Source: Mayamaea pseudoterrestris (lineage: Eukaryota). Taken from it: DNA of 64,000 nucleotides. A model generated the notes under the pieces. It was not told where the DNA came from, made no database searches, and worked only from the letters and a program-made list of their open reading frames with translations. This document shows, one piece after another, positions 44,677 to 56,990 of the stretch; the first letter of the stretch is position 1, and the number at the start of each line of letters is the position of its first letter. Made by a program: the position numbers and the translations under genes. The stretch covers positions 1-64,000 of the forward strand of contig BROI01000015.1 in NCBI GenBank assembly GCA_027923505.1, read 5' to 3'.

Positions 44677-47600
44677 CTAATTTAAATGCCGACGCTTTTC
44701 TGTCCCTCCTCGTTGGGTTCTTCTTTCGTCCACCCGTCGCTTGTGTCGCTGCTTTTCGCGCTCGTGCTTTTGAATCTTGCGCTTTGCTGACGCTTCTGGA
44801 TCTACAATAGCTTCAGTTTTTATTTCAAGCTTGCGCTGATCCTTCTTCTCCTGAAACCTAGTCTTAACTGCACCATACGCCACAACAAACTTATCATTCG
44901 TGTCGAATTGCTGCTCCAGCATGACGAGAATATCCTTGGCAAGTCTCGATTCCTCAGTTGCCGCATCCCCAAGGGGACGCTCATTTTGTTGTACTAAATG
45001 AGGAAGGTCGAGCACATTGCGCGTCTCCAATTCGGACCGGTGCAAAGGTTCGATAATCAATGGCAAATCACCCTCGATTATGTCCGGACAACAAGTTGCA
45101 AAAGAAGCAAAACACATGTATACGGCCTTGCGGCGCTTGGATCCCTTGTTCTTCGCGCTTTGTGATAACCGCTTCAGCACCATGGATGCTCCGTCACTAG
45201 AATTTTTAGAATTGCCGACAATGAGACTAGGACATCGATGAATGGCCTGGAGAACCCAGGTGAGCGATTTGGCCAGATCAGTTGATAAGTCGTCGTCGTA
45301 TTCATCCTCGTCCAGACTGGCCAAGCGACATAGGCCTCTCGCAAGTTCCTCCAGCGATCCTGGATGTTTGGCGACAAATGAAATGCTGCTCATCTTGTCA
45401 GCGACGAGCTCGTTAATGACAAACAAGTTAAGATACTTTGCCAATAGCCGACACGCTGAACGCCGCACCCATGGGTGTTTAGACCAAAGAGCACGTGACG
45501 TGCCAACCCAAAGATTGCTTCTCGGGACAATTATGTCGTTCAGTCCTTCATAGAGCTTGTCCAGATCGAGCAGCGAGAAATAGACTAGCTCCCAGTCTGA
45601 TGAAGGATTGTGCAGGATCGAGTCCATTACACAAAGCATCCTATCAAGCTCTCCCTGCCGACGCAAAAAATCTGAGCATGATTCTACGAACAATCCAAAC
45701 AGCTGCAACGCTGTGCGCACGAGAGTCTCTTGACCGCTAGACCATCGCAAAACGTATTCATAGCAAAGTTGCAGCGATTTTTGAGCGAGTCGGCCCAGCA
45801 ATGATCTGATGCAGCTCGCAACCGCATTTCGACACTCTTCGGACAAATCATTTGCCAGTTGCAACGTCAGCGGTAGAAAGAAGAGCTGAAGATGATGATC
45901 TAAAAGCTCCAGCGGCAATCGCTTAATCACTGTCGATAGCAATTGGATTGCTGAAAGGCGCCCATCTGCGTACTCGTATTTAATGTTTAAGACGGCCTGC
46001 TTCAGGTGCTGCTCAATCCTTTCCGTCGACATGGGATATGTAAGCAGAAAATTGATAAACGTTGTGGTGCTTTGTTCACGAAGTGATGGCTTGTGGCTTT
46101 TCGCCGTTTGTTGCAGAAGAGTTTCCATCAGATCGTAAAATTCTGATGAAGCAAAGCGACGCGACATTATCGCCTTTAACAGGCGAAAAGCAGGGTTGTA
46201 ATTATCGGAATCAACGATGGAAGCTCGAACAAAGGAAAGTAGTAATTCCATCTGTGCATTATCTAAAAGCTGATGACTTGTAGTAGCGGCATCGCTTCCG
46301 TCTAAGCCTCTCTTTCGTTCAAAATCTAGCAAATATGCCAACATTTTATAACAGGACTGAGCAGTTTCGTTGTTCTGGTTGCGTGCAGACCCAGATAATG
46401 TCAGTAATTGAACAGCCTTTGATGACAAGGAGGTGGCGTAGACCTCGAATGATGGAAGGTCAAAGCTAAGAAGTAAGCACAAAGTTTTTAAGGCAAGAAA
46501 CACCACCTCTAAATCGCTGCATGTGCAGACACAGGCTGTGAGGATTGGAACAAAGACATCAAGCTTAACCAAATCCACCTGTTCAGACCGAACCTGCTTC
46601 ACAGCAGAATGCAACAACTGCAAGCCGAAAAGGACAGCACTAACACTTGCAGGGTTGTTTATTGATAGCGCACTACTGTCCACCAATCGCAAATGTCGAT
46701 TTGCGCCCGTGAGCGTCGGTGCGCTGCAACCGTCCTGCACAGTAGCAAGGTTTCTTTCCGACAACCTTTTGGCCAGTCGCGCTTCATTTGCAGTCGAAGA
46801 AAATCCTGAGACAGACGGCCGCCATTCAGCGACGCTGAGTTGGCGTGAGCAAGAATGTACCATGGTCGCATTGGCTAGGCTCCCGCTAACGTGAAGCGGC
46901 GTGCAAGCATCGTCATCGCTCTCCAATCCGGCAATAAGATAAAGTGACGACGTGACAGCTTCGACCGAATGTCGCCTTATGAAGGGTTCTATCGTAGCAT
47001 GCACAAATGCAAGGGCCTCGTCGCTTCCAAGACTCGAGTTCCGTGATAGACCAGTGACGATGCGCGTCAGGCACTCTTTGATCCTCCTGATCAAGCCGGC
47101 GCTGATTGTCGGATTTTTCAGCCGCTCCAAAAAAGGAATAACAATGACATGAACAGTACTTTTCTCTCCAGTCGATGGCTTAAACAAAATTAAGCTTGAA
47201 ATAATTTCAAGCGAGTGGTAGCTTTTCGATCCAGCTGCTTCTTTCACGTAGCGAACCTGGTTGCCTTCTGCATCTTTTCGCTCTTGTGCATCACCAAAGA
47301 TGTCCTGTTGTATCAGATCTATCATTCCTGGGACTGCATTGTCAAATCCAATCTCAGCTTCTTCATTTACTCCCAGGTCAGGAACTGTATATGATAGAGA
47401 AAGCTCCAGCAAAATGGAATGAATTGTTGCAGCTCGCACGTGCAGCTGATAGCCCTCCTTCAAAGTAACGGCAAGCTCTCTAATGATATCTGCGAGAAAC
47501 GTTATATCAAGTGACACTGTCATGTGTGCGAGAGTTGTTCGAGCTAGGTCCCTAACATTCGAATCTCGGTTCTTAAGCATGCCGCATATAACTGTTAGCA

Positions 47601-50600
47601 AGCGCGGCAGTTTTCCGATCAGATACATTCTGGGAAATTGTTGGAAGAGCTTAAGCATCGCTAGCACTATAGGCGGTCGTAGTGTTTTGATAGTCTCGCC
47701 TTTGCGATCAGTTTTCTCCTTGACTAGCAAGCCTTCAAGTTTTGGAATAAATCGCTTTTCGAGTGCCCTCCACACTACGCCGTCCGATCCATTCCCCAAA
47801 GCCACTTGAAAATGGAAGCCATCGAGAATACTGCAAATCAGCGCCACAAGAAAACGTTCCTGTTCCACATGGCGATGGAACTGGTTGATTGTGGTTCCAA
47901 GTAATGTGCTGTATTTGCTCCAAGTCAGCAAGCGACACAATGCGCCGACCGTCGCAATCGCTTCAGTCGCGAGGTTCTCCTCCGTTTTCGTCTTGCTTTC
48001 GTAGACGGCATGGGTTGCGACGGGAATAAGAATACTTGAAATTGTTTGCGGAAAGAAGGTCTCAGTCGCATTCGAGCTCGTGGCAAGATTTTGGCGCAAG
48101 CGTTGGAGTGCCCTCGCTCTGCGGTGTATCTGCACATGGGTGATGTTTAAAAAAAAGTCCAAGTCGGGCGCATCGTCTCGTATGAGCTTTGCAAGATCGC
48201 TATGCAAGTGTGGGGAGTCGAATCCCGCTGACTGTGCCATTCGGCAAACTTCAGCAAGAAGAAGTATGTAAAACCGCCGAATCGATTCGTCTTTGATTGT
48301 TATGCCATTACGGATGAAGGCAGCAATCGTACCTTCTAGACATTTTAGCCAAAGCGTAGCACTTTCGTTGCTGGATTGAGCCTCGCGCCCGGCGGCAAAA
48401 ACAAGTGCTTTTAGAGCCTTAAAAGCTCCACGAGATACAACACCGTCATCGTCGAACAAGAAACGGAAACAAGTCGTGATCACGGGCTGGAGTGCGACCG
48501 GGTCAATTGCTTCACTGCTTCTCGAAAGCTTTATCCAAAGAAAGCCTGAAGTTTCGCCAAGTCTGCCCAAAGTTGCCACCACTTTGTCAATGTCTAATTC
48601 ATCTATTCGAACAGAGTGAAGGGACCATAGACTTAAAGTAATATCTGTTGACGTGACAGCGAAATGGAGCGAGGAAGAAGAAAGGATGCTTAAGACAGAC
48701 GCCATAGCTCGATAAATGTGTTTCGCCAAATTTCTCGGCTTCTTCTTCTCCGGTCCAAGTAATATCGATATTCGGTTAAATAAGCGTAAAGCTGCTTCTG
48801 TGCCCAGTTTCGGCGAGAGTGCCTGCAGTATGCCCAATGTATTTAAAAGGTCGTTCTCGGTCAGCCTACCAGATTCCAAAAACGGAACAAGCAAATCAGA
48901 TAGTGCCGCGTTGTCGTCTTCAGCCGTCAAACGCGAGATGGAGTTTCCTACAAGCGCGCTGATCCGACACAGAATAGCCAACTCCTGTCGCCATGTCGAT
49001 GCTTCGCTAGCATTGTTGACTGTTGCTTGCTTTAATGCCCAAGGCGTAACCCCGGCATCAAAGTGTTTCAACCGTGACTGAAATTGGTTTAAGATAAGAG
49101 GCACATGGGGTCGAACTAATGCGCTACCAGAGTCATCGTCGGTGCAATGTACCAAAATATTGTCGATGAACGCTAAAGCTGCCTCAACGACAGATGCGCC
49201 ACTTCGTTCCCCAATGCATCGAACAACAGATGTGATAGCCGCATCATTGCTTTTAATCAAGTAAAACAATCGTGGATAAACAGATATTGTCTTCAATAGC
49301 TGGAGGACCGCTGGTACCTGAGTGGAATTTACCGCCGATATCGGTAATTGGTTAATAGAGTTTCCCAGAGCATCCCAAAGCCGCGCTTGATATTCACGAA
49401 AGTCAATCGTACTATTAAATTTCGCAAATATCTCGGAAAAACGTCGAAAGCAGAGCGTGCGAATTAAACCATCACGACTGTCGTCCGTGGTTAGAAACTC
49501 CACAGTGAAGTTTTCGTCGGGTGTCCTCAACTCGAACCTTTTAACAAGGGCAACAAGGATCGTCATAAATGCAGGCACAAAGTGAGAAACGCGATGACCA
49601 AGCTGTGCGATCAATGCTTCCAGCATGTGCAGAAATCCTTGATGCACGCTAGGCGAGACATGGGCGAAGCTTTCAGCCGTTCCACACACCAAAGCGCCTA
49701 TAATTTCGTCTCTCAGTGTCGCATCCTGTGCCTCCAGGATTTTTACTTCAACGTTAAGTGGGACATATGCGCGAAGGCACAAGTATACGAAAGGATATAG
49801 TTCATTATCATCCACGCAGAAAGACGTAAGGAAGGACAAAACGGCATGTCGCATAGTACACGGCGATTGCTTCGATGATTTACCCGCCGGTCTCGCCGAA
49901 AGCCTGCCAAATAAGATTCTCGAAAGAATTGGTATGACGTTGCCGCGATGATGCGAAAAATTTGAGTCTTCTTCGGCTATAGATTTCATTTGCAAAAGAG
50001 AATCGCGGAGCTGGTCCTTCTCGAACAATTTCAACAGGCCATGTTCGTACCCTGACAGATAATCAAACTTATAGCGTAACAAGCACGTCAACGCCAAACG
50101 CCCGACCAAATTATCCGGATGAGTGAGTAGCGATTTGTAGATTGTATCTGACATTCCATGAGACTGAAGATGGCTCACATTCTTGACACTTGCGAGCGCT
50201 CTTAAAACTGAGACAAGCCTCCGATACACCGCTCCCTTATCCACCGCCAAACCTTCCCAACCTCTGCAGAACAGAGTTTGCACTGCTCAGTAAAATGCTG
50301 TGCGCGCACGTCACATCGATGGAAGCTGTATCGACTTACCTTCCACAGGCGACCAGATCGTATATTTTGAGCTCCCTAGCATCCGGATCAACCCTCGACC
50401 CAGCGAAATATTGCTCCTGTATGAAGCGAAGGATACAGGGTACGATGACACTAGCGTGTTGAGTAAGTAGTTCAGGACCATTCTCGATGATTTTCCATAG
50501 CCACTCAAGTACAGTAGCCTCATCCACCGCATCGTGCTTCGACACGATACCGGCCACATGACATGACGCAAAATCTCTTTTGAAAAGACTGTGCGCATGA

Positions 50601-53437
50601 ACATCGGTGGTTTCCCAAGAAAGACATTTGCTACAGTAATTATTAACATTACACAGTGTTGTTGCTTCGCACGAAAGGTCTTCATCGGGAAAAGACTGAC
50701 GGAGAGGGCGTTCCATCAACGACTGAATACTTTTGAAGATCGGGGGCCATGTACATTTCACATGACCCTTGGCTAACTCGCCGATAGCCTGGACAATAGC
50801 AGGCCAAACAGGAGCAAATTTGACATGCAAAAGACCAACCAAATGATTTGCAGCAGCTTCGGCGTAATAGATCGGCAGTCGTCTCCCGCGCCCAAGAACG
50901 CCGACACGAGATATTTGAGATATCAATTGCCTTTCATGCTCAAATGAGACTGGACACGATTCAATGGCGAGAAGCAAAGAGAGCATGCCAAAAGTGCTAA
51001 TCGCTGCTAATGACACGTTTGCCTTGGGTATACGTTGGCCGTCGCGGGGCTCGTCGTCCAAATCTCCGGCCAAATCAAGGTCGGCATAGTCAACAGCCAT
51101 TGTTCTCAAAGGAAAGCTGGACAATATCTCGAGCGTGTGCAGCCGGAAAAAATGCTTGCGGCTGCGTAAGTTCGGTATCAAATCATCAAATGCCCGTTCA
51201 AAATCAACATTCAAACGCAAATGAAGCTGCTGGAGCACGTGGACATACGCGGCAACGCTTTTTACTGTCCAAAGCGCACTGGGACTAGCCACAAGGTGGT
51301 CACGTGCTAGCGGCATTATCTCTTCCACAACTTTCTGCACAAGCTTGTCTTTGGTAACGCCTTCCAACTGAAACGCTGCAAGGCACGACAACGACTCAAG
51401 CGCAAGCGAAAATGTGAGTGACACTTTTCGCTTTGCGTCGATATCGTTGATTGCAGTTGATGAAGCAGTAACCTTCATGACCGCCACAATACCCTTTGCC
51501 ACCTGTTCGAACATCATCGTGGCTCTTCGTTCGTCAGCCGTAGTCGCGGCAATGAAAGCGAGGCACTGCACAGCTATACCTGCACTAGCGACCTTTTCGG
51601 TCGTCCAATCATCTCCTCCGGTTAAAAGCAATAAGTTATGCAACAATTTCTCTCGATCTGTTTCATTTACAAGGCAATGTCTTGCAAGGTGTAGATCGAA
51701 TAGCGCGTCAGTTCCGCCAACATCGATTGCGCGATCCCGTGCTCCAACCACGGCGAACAGGAGAGGCAAGGTCGAGTCACCCACTTCAAAATCTGACGCA
51801 GCTGCGACAGATAAAAGCGCTGAACCGACAGTTTTCATGGCAACTTCTACAGGCAAATGTGCCATCAAGTCTAGTGCAACTGACAAGGCATGTGCGCCGG
51901 CGTTTTCATCAGTATCCTTACTTCCGACACCAATGCATGTTTTTATAAGATTACAGATCCTGCTGTTCATTCGTCCAGTGAATTCCTTCTGTTCTGGTGC
52001 ACGCTTCCATACTAGCGAAAGGAGATCCAAAACCGATTCTTGTTGCTTCAAAGATAACTGATCAAAAATGCTCACAAATAAAAGCTGATCAAGTAGTTCT
52101 ACCGTTTCGAGTAACAACTCGTGGCGCGAGCAAAGTTTACCAATTAAGCGTAATAGACCCACGAAGCCTTGGCCAACTAACCGTCCCTCAGACGAGATTA
52201 CCGTCTTAACTGGTTTACACATCACACGGAAGACCGCTGCAATATTTTGTGCATCTAACGACCGCGTCAATCGGTTCACAAACGCCTCTCCAACATTAAT
52301 CAACAGTTCATAGCCACCATTCAATTCATCTTGACAGCTCACAGCCTCTTCTACAGCCTTGATTACAACAATGCCCTTAGAGTGCAAGCGTCGCTGAACA
52401 CCACGAGCAACTTCAAAAAGGAAGGTTGCGATTCCATCGATTGCATCAGACTGCAACCGACGAGCAGCAGAAGAATCGCCTGCACTGTTCCGCGCCAATG
52501 CTTTCAAGAGTCGTTTCAAATGACGCTTTCTCGCCGATTCGGAAAGCTTGCGCACGAGTGGAGCAAATGTTTCGGCTCCGAGACGTCGCACCACATCGCG
52601 CCGACTCGCAAGGACCAAGCCGTAATACTCGCGAATCGGCTCCAAGCATGGCTCTTCGCCACCGGCCTTCTCCGCTAGCAGGGCTTCCGCATCGTATCGA
52701 AATAGGTAGGACACTGTACGGAATGCAGCTTCAACAAAGCATACATCCAGTGGCATTTGCTGCTTGCTATTTTCATGTGCCGGCGGGTGCAAAAGATCGC
52801 TCAAGATGCGCGGAATAATCGTCTGGTGCATAAAGGGATGTATCTCATGACGCAAATCGCGCGCCAAGACAGCCACGAGATGCAGAATGTCAATTGTTGC
52901 GTAGTTGACAACGTAGCGAGCCCGCTTCGAGTCTGCCAGTAAGTCCGTTTCGCCAATATTTGATTTGGTTTCTGGACCAGTCGCCGGCGATAGCATGTAA
53001 GCCATCAAAAGGTGTATAATCTTGTCAGCATGGTGGATAATCTCGGGAAGACTCCGTACTAAATGCCATACTTCGCGATGGAAGCTTCCAAAAATAAGAG
53101 ATGCGTTCCTGTCAAGCGCAATGTCGAGCTCGCTGGCAAAGTTTGACTTGTTGGTTTCGACATCGGAATCACTATCGTCTTGGTCCGATAAAATCGCCGT
53201 ATCTTCCGCCTCCTTTTGTTCCTTAGACTTCCGTTGTCTTTGTTTCTTCTTCGGTCGTGGATTATGCACTTGCTCCTCTCGAGTGGCGGCGCTTGTTCCA
53301 ATACCGACGCGTCGACCCTGAAAGGTGCGGTACGTGTCAGCGGACGTGAGCTTTGATCGCTTACGGCTCGATGCGAAGGTCAAACGCTTCGTCGAACGTT
53401 CGTCCGTGTTGACTGACTTAATATGATGCGAGTTCAT
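44677..53437 (-). CDS. UTP20: Small-subunit processome component UTP20 (about 2890 aa), 2 exons (intron 50264-50339)
   Basis: Very large HEAT-repeat protein; VRSLPEIIHH, LARDLRHE, DFFLNITHVQIHRRARAL, LKEGYQLHV and YEYADGRLSA motifs; basic C-terminus. A phase-2 GTAAGT...TGCAG intron joins the two ORFs. Confidence 0.92.
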
Positions 53438-53761
53438 GGTATAATGCTGTAGCTATGGTAGAAATGGAGCAGCTTTTGGATGATGCGCCACGAGAAAGAA
53501 AAAAGGAAACCGGGCGCGACGAATGGTGATGAGTGGACGTCATTTGAAAGTCGTACCGGTTCCATAATGACGTCTGACCCACGTTTCAATCAGTCAAGGG
53601 TGTAGAAAATCGACGCGCTTCGTCGCCTCTTCAAGCCAACAAGATTCGGCCGCCATCAACTCTCATCAAGGCCGACGCTGTATCAATCGTACAGCGAGGA
53701 GTCGACCACCTGCTAGTACACTGTCATTTTGTCATAAGCAAGCAAGTCGAGTCTCGCCATC

Positions 53762-54679
53762 ATGCTTTCACTTCGACTCGTATTCCTTTACGTGCTTGGT
53801 CTACTGCTAGTACCAGATTCCTACGCTCTTGCCTTTGCTAGCACCCTCTTTCAGGAACGACCTACGCTTCAACAGAAAGCTCCGTCCAAATCAGACGGAG
53901 TCGATATTGAGCTGCCAGATTTTGAGGAACTTTTCTCACGAATGGAAGCAGTTTCGCCTTTGCTGAGAAATGTTATTAACCGAAAAAACGGTGGTTTTGC
54001 TACCGTCGAAGATGCGACTGATCTGCCGTGGAGGAGGGTTGAGTCGCACAAGACAGGTTCACAGTCAGTACGATCGATTGACCGAATCGACAATTTCCAG
54101 GGACATCCAGCACCATTGCTTCGAGTACGAGCAACGATTCAAGGACCGTGTGTCGGTCAGGCAATGACTAACTTTATCATGGATTGCGATGAACGAAAGA
54201 AATGGGACGACCAAATTGATCAAGTTTACGAGATTTATCCGATCAACGACTTGGACTATGCCAACATGGCAATGGGATATGGCAAGTTTGGCGAATGCAG
54301 TCGGCTTGGTGTCGGTTACTGCAAAACCAAGCCGAATCTTGGCGTTGATTCTCGGGAGCAGCTGACGCTTTGTGGATGCCAAGACTTTCTCGATGGCGCT
54401 TGCATTATCTGGGGCGTTGAGCTAGAAGCATGGCACGACTATATGTTTCCTCCTACGGAGCGGCACACGCGAGCCAAGTCGCGCTTGTTCAGTACGACCA
54501 TGCAGCCGACCGGTAAAGATTCTTTTGACGTTGAATACATTTTGCAGCTTGAAATTGGTGGCAAGATTCCCCAATGGATATCTACTCCCTTGGTAGTCAA
54601 GTCGATCAAACAAATGTTTCAGCATGCGTCAAACGTTTACGGCGGGGATGATATCCATAAGTACCTCGAGAAAGAGTAG
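53762..54679 (+). CDS. START/SRPBCC lipid-binding domain protein, probably plastid-targeted
   Basis: Signal peptide ending ALA-F, ERKKWDDQI and LQLEIGGKIPQWI START-type motifs. Confidence 0.75.
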   Translation: MLSLRLVFLYVLGLLLVPDSYALAFASTLFQERPTLQQKAPSKSDGVDIELPDFEELFSRMEAVSPLLRNVINRKNGGFATVEDATDLPWRRVESHKTGSQSVRSIDRIDNFQGHPAPLLRVRATIQGPCVGQAMTNFIMDCDERKKWDDQIDQVYEIYPINDLDYANMAMGYGKFGECSRLGVGYCKTKPNLGVDSREQLTLCGCQDFLDGACIIWGVELEAWHDYMFPPTERHTRAKSRLFSTTMQPTGKDSFDVEYILQLEIGGKIPQWISTPLVVKSIKQMFQHASNVYGGDDIHKYLEKE

Positions 54680-54779
54680 TCGACAGATCGGTAGCAGCGA
54701 GGGAAGTAGTTTGATGTAACTGCGTATAGATTAGATTAAAATTGCATGGAAAACGGATTGTATTGATGAAAGAAATAAT

Positions 54780-55523
54780 TTATATCTCCTTGCTGTTTAT
54801 CACCTCGTCTTCCTCGCTCACTGAGGATGTAGTCGCCAGCACAAGTACCACCTTTGGTGCATGCACTACAGCATCCACAAAGCGTTTAACAACATCCTTG
54901 CATGTTTCCACAATATTGAAACTAAACTGGTACAATATTGACCCGTCGCGCTTCGGCTTTAACATAATCGTCGAAAAATTCCGATTCCGATTCTTGGGAG
55001 GAACAGGATCAATCGAAACAGACTCGGCGAACGGCCACCTAGAATCTTCCGATACAATATCCATCTCGTCCAACGATAGAGCATAGAGGGGTGATGGGGC
55101 ATCCTGCTCTAAGTACACTAGACAAATTCCATCCTTGAGGACTATGTACTTCTTCACTTCGCCATATGGAATGGAACGACGGTCACGCGGCAAGCACGGC
55201 AGCCGTATGTTTAAAAAACTCCTTTTCATCCCACGATTAAGCTGCAAAACTCCCGCATAGGACTCAAAAACAATTCCCGTCTTTCTTAATGCCTTGACAC
55301 AGACGGGGGGCAATGCCGACGTCAGTGATTTCTTGGTATAGTCAATCAAACACAAGGATGCTGCTTCCATCGGCGTCGCTGGAGCGGCAACAGCGGCCTC
55401 ACATGCAGGTGCAGCGTGTGCAATTGCCGATTCTACTTTTTGGGCAGGCTCGGCAACGGCTGGTTCAGTTATGGGAGCTGGAGGAGCCAAGTTCATTATA
55501 TTTATTTGCATAGACAGCAGCAT
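54780..55523 (-). CDS. Hypothetical protein, possible PH-like domain
   Basis: 247-aa ORF; KKYIVLKDGICLVY...SPLYALSL resembles PH beta strands. Start codon uncertain. Confidence 0.55.
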   Translation of the reverse strand: MLLSMQINIMNLAPPAPITEPAVAEPAQKVESAIAHAAPACEAAVAAPATPMEAASLCLIDYTKKSLTSALPPVCVKALRKTGIVFESYAGVLQLNRGMKRSFLNIRLPCLPRDRRSIPYGEVKKYIVLKDGICLVYLEQDAPSPLYALSLDEMDIVSEDSRWPFAESVSIDPVPPKNRNRNFSTIMLKPKRDGSILYQFSFNIVETCKDVVKRFVDAVVHAPKVVLVLATTSSVSEEDEVINSKEI

Positions 55524-55701
55524 AATGGTGGCGCGCGACGGACTCGATCGTCGCTTGTTTTTGGTCGATGCGCAATCGTGTAAAGACTAAAGTACCGCTA
55601 GGACTAGAGGATTTTTGATGCACGCCTTCCTGCATGCTCGTACTTTTCTGGAAACCATCGAAGATCCATCAATCGAATTTACTACCAGTAGCAGCAGTAT
55701 C

Positions 55702-56892
55702 ATGGATCTCCAAGCTCTCATCCTTTCCATTAATACAGGAATTCAAAACAAGGATTATGACTCGATTCGATCCATTTTTTCGAGTTTCGGTGGCCAGCAG
55801 CGACGCGGTAGCGTCGGTCAAGGCGAGCAGCGATCCTTATCAGCTCATTTTATCCAGGCGGCAGTCGCATCCCCGACCTTCCTTCCCGATGCATTCGATC
55901 ACATTGAAGATGTCATTATTAAGGCTCTTGGTCATCTACCTGTTACGGTCGAGAATGCTGCTGACAATCAACTCCGTCAGAAGCTTTTCGAGCACAAGAT
56001 CAATCATCCAACTAACACGGATTACGCTGGAGCTGCACGCATTATCGCGGAACTTCGCATGGATGACGACAACAATAGTGTCTACTACATTTCGCCTGCG
56101 GATAAGATGAACGTCTTTGTCAAGATTGCCGAATGCTTTCTTAACGAGGACGAGACAGAGCAGGCAGATGCCGCAGTCACCAAGGCCGGCTCTGTTGTGC
56201 AGCGGGTCGACGCAAGCAACAACAAGGCTCTTTTGCTTCGCTACAAGTCTACATACGCGCGTGTCTTGGACGCGAACCGCAAGTTTATGCAGGCGGCGCA
56301 GCGATACCATGAGTTAAGCGAAGCTTTTGATTTGGTGGACGCGGAGAGTTTGTTGCAAATGCTTGGGCGAGCCGTCACGTGCGCGATCCTTGCTCCTAGC
56401 GGTCCGCAGCGACAGCGAATCTTAGCACACATTTACAAAGATGCTCGTCTCGACCAGTTGGATAGCATCCAAGGAATGGAGAGTCATTCGCAAATTATGA
56501 AGAAGATGTACATGCATCAAATCTTGCAGCCTCAAGAATTGGTAAAGTTTGAATCTTCCTTGGCTGATCATCAAAAGGCAGTCATGGGCGACGGACTGAC
56601 CATAATGGAACGCGGCGTTATTGAGCACAATATGGTTGCCGTCGCCAACTTGTATCAATCCATATACATCACGGAACTGGCGCGCATCTTGGGAGTGCCG
56701 CCGGAAAAGGCGGAAATGACTGCTGCCAGTATGATAATGGATGGATCATTGCGAGGCAGCATTAATCAAGTCGAAGGTTTGCTGAATTTTGAAGAGGAGG
56801 AAGAGGAGGAAGTTATTTTAGATCGATCGATCTCGAGCTTCTGCATTGAGCTCAACAATGTCACGGACGCCATCAAGGCGTCGGCCATGTAG
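55702..56892 (+). CDS. CSN4: COP9 signalosome subunit 4
   Basis: YARVLDANRKFMQAAQRYHELS, CAILAPSGPQRQRILA and GLTIMERGVIEHN, followed by a PCI domain. Confidence 0.93.
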   Translation: MDLQALILSINTGIQNKDYDSIRSIFSSFGGQQRRGSVGQGEQRSLSAHFIQAAVASPTFLPDAFDHIEDVIIKALGHLPVTVENAADNQLRQKLFEHKINHPTNTDYAGAARIIAELRMDDDNNSVYYISPADKMNVFVKIAECFLNEDETEQADAAVTKAGSVVQRVDASNNKALLLRYKSTYARVLDANRKFMQAAQRYHELSEAFDLVDAESLLQMLGRAVTCAILAPSGPQRQRILAHIYKDARLDQLDSIQGMESHSQIMKKMYMHQILQPQELVKFESSLADHQKAVMGDGLTIMERGVIEHNMVAVANLYQSIYITELARILGVPPEKAEMTAASMIMDGSLRGSINQVEGLLNFEEEEEEEVILDRSISSFCIELNNVTDAIKASAM

Positions 56893-56990
56893 TACATACT
56901 ATAGTATGATAACGCCCCCAGGAAAACTAATAATCAGTATGGTATAACTCGTAGTGTCAAAGCACACAGTAGCTAGCAGGATGGTAAATT

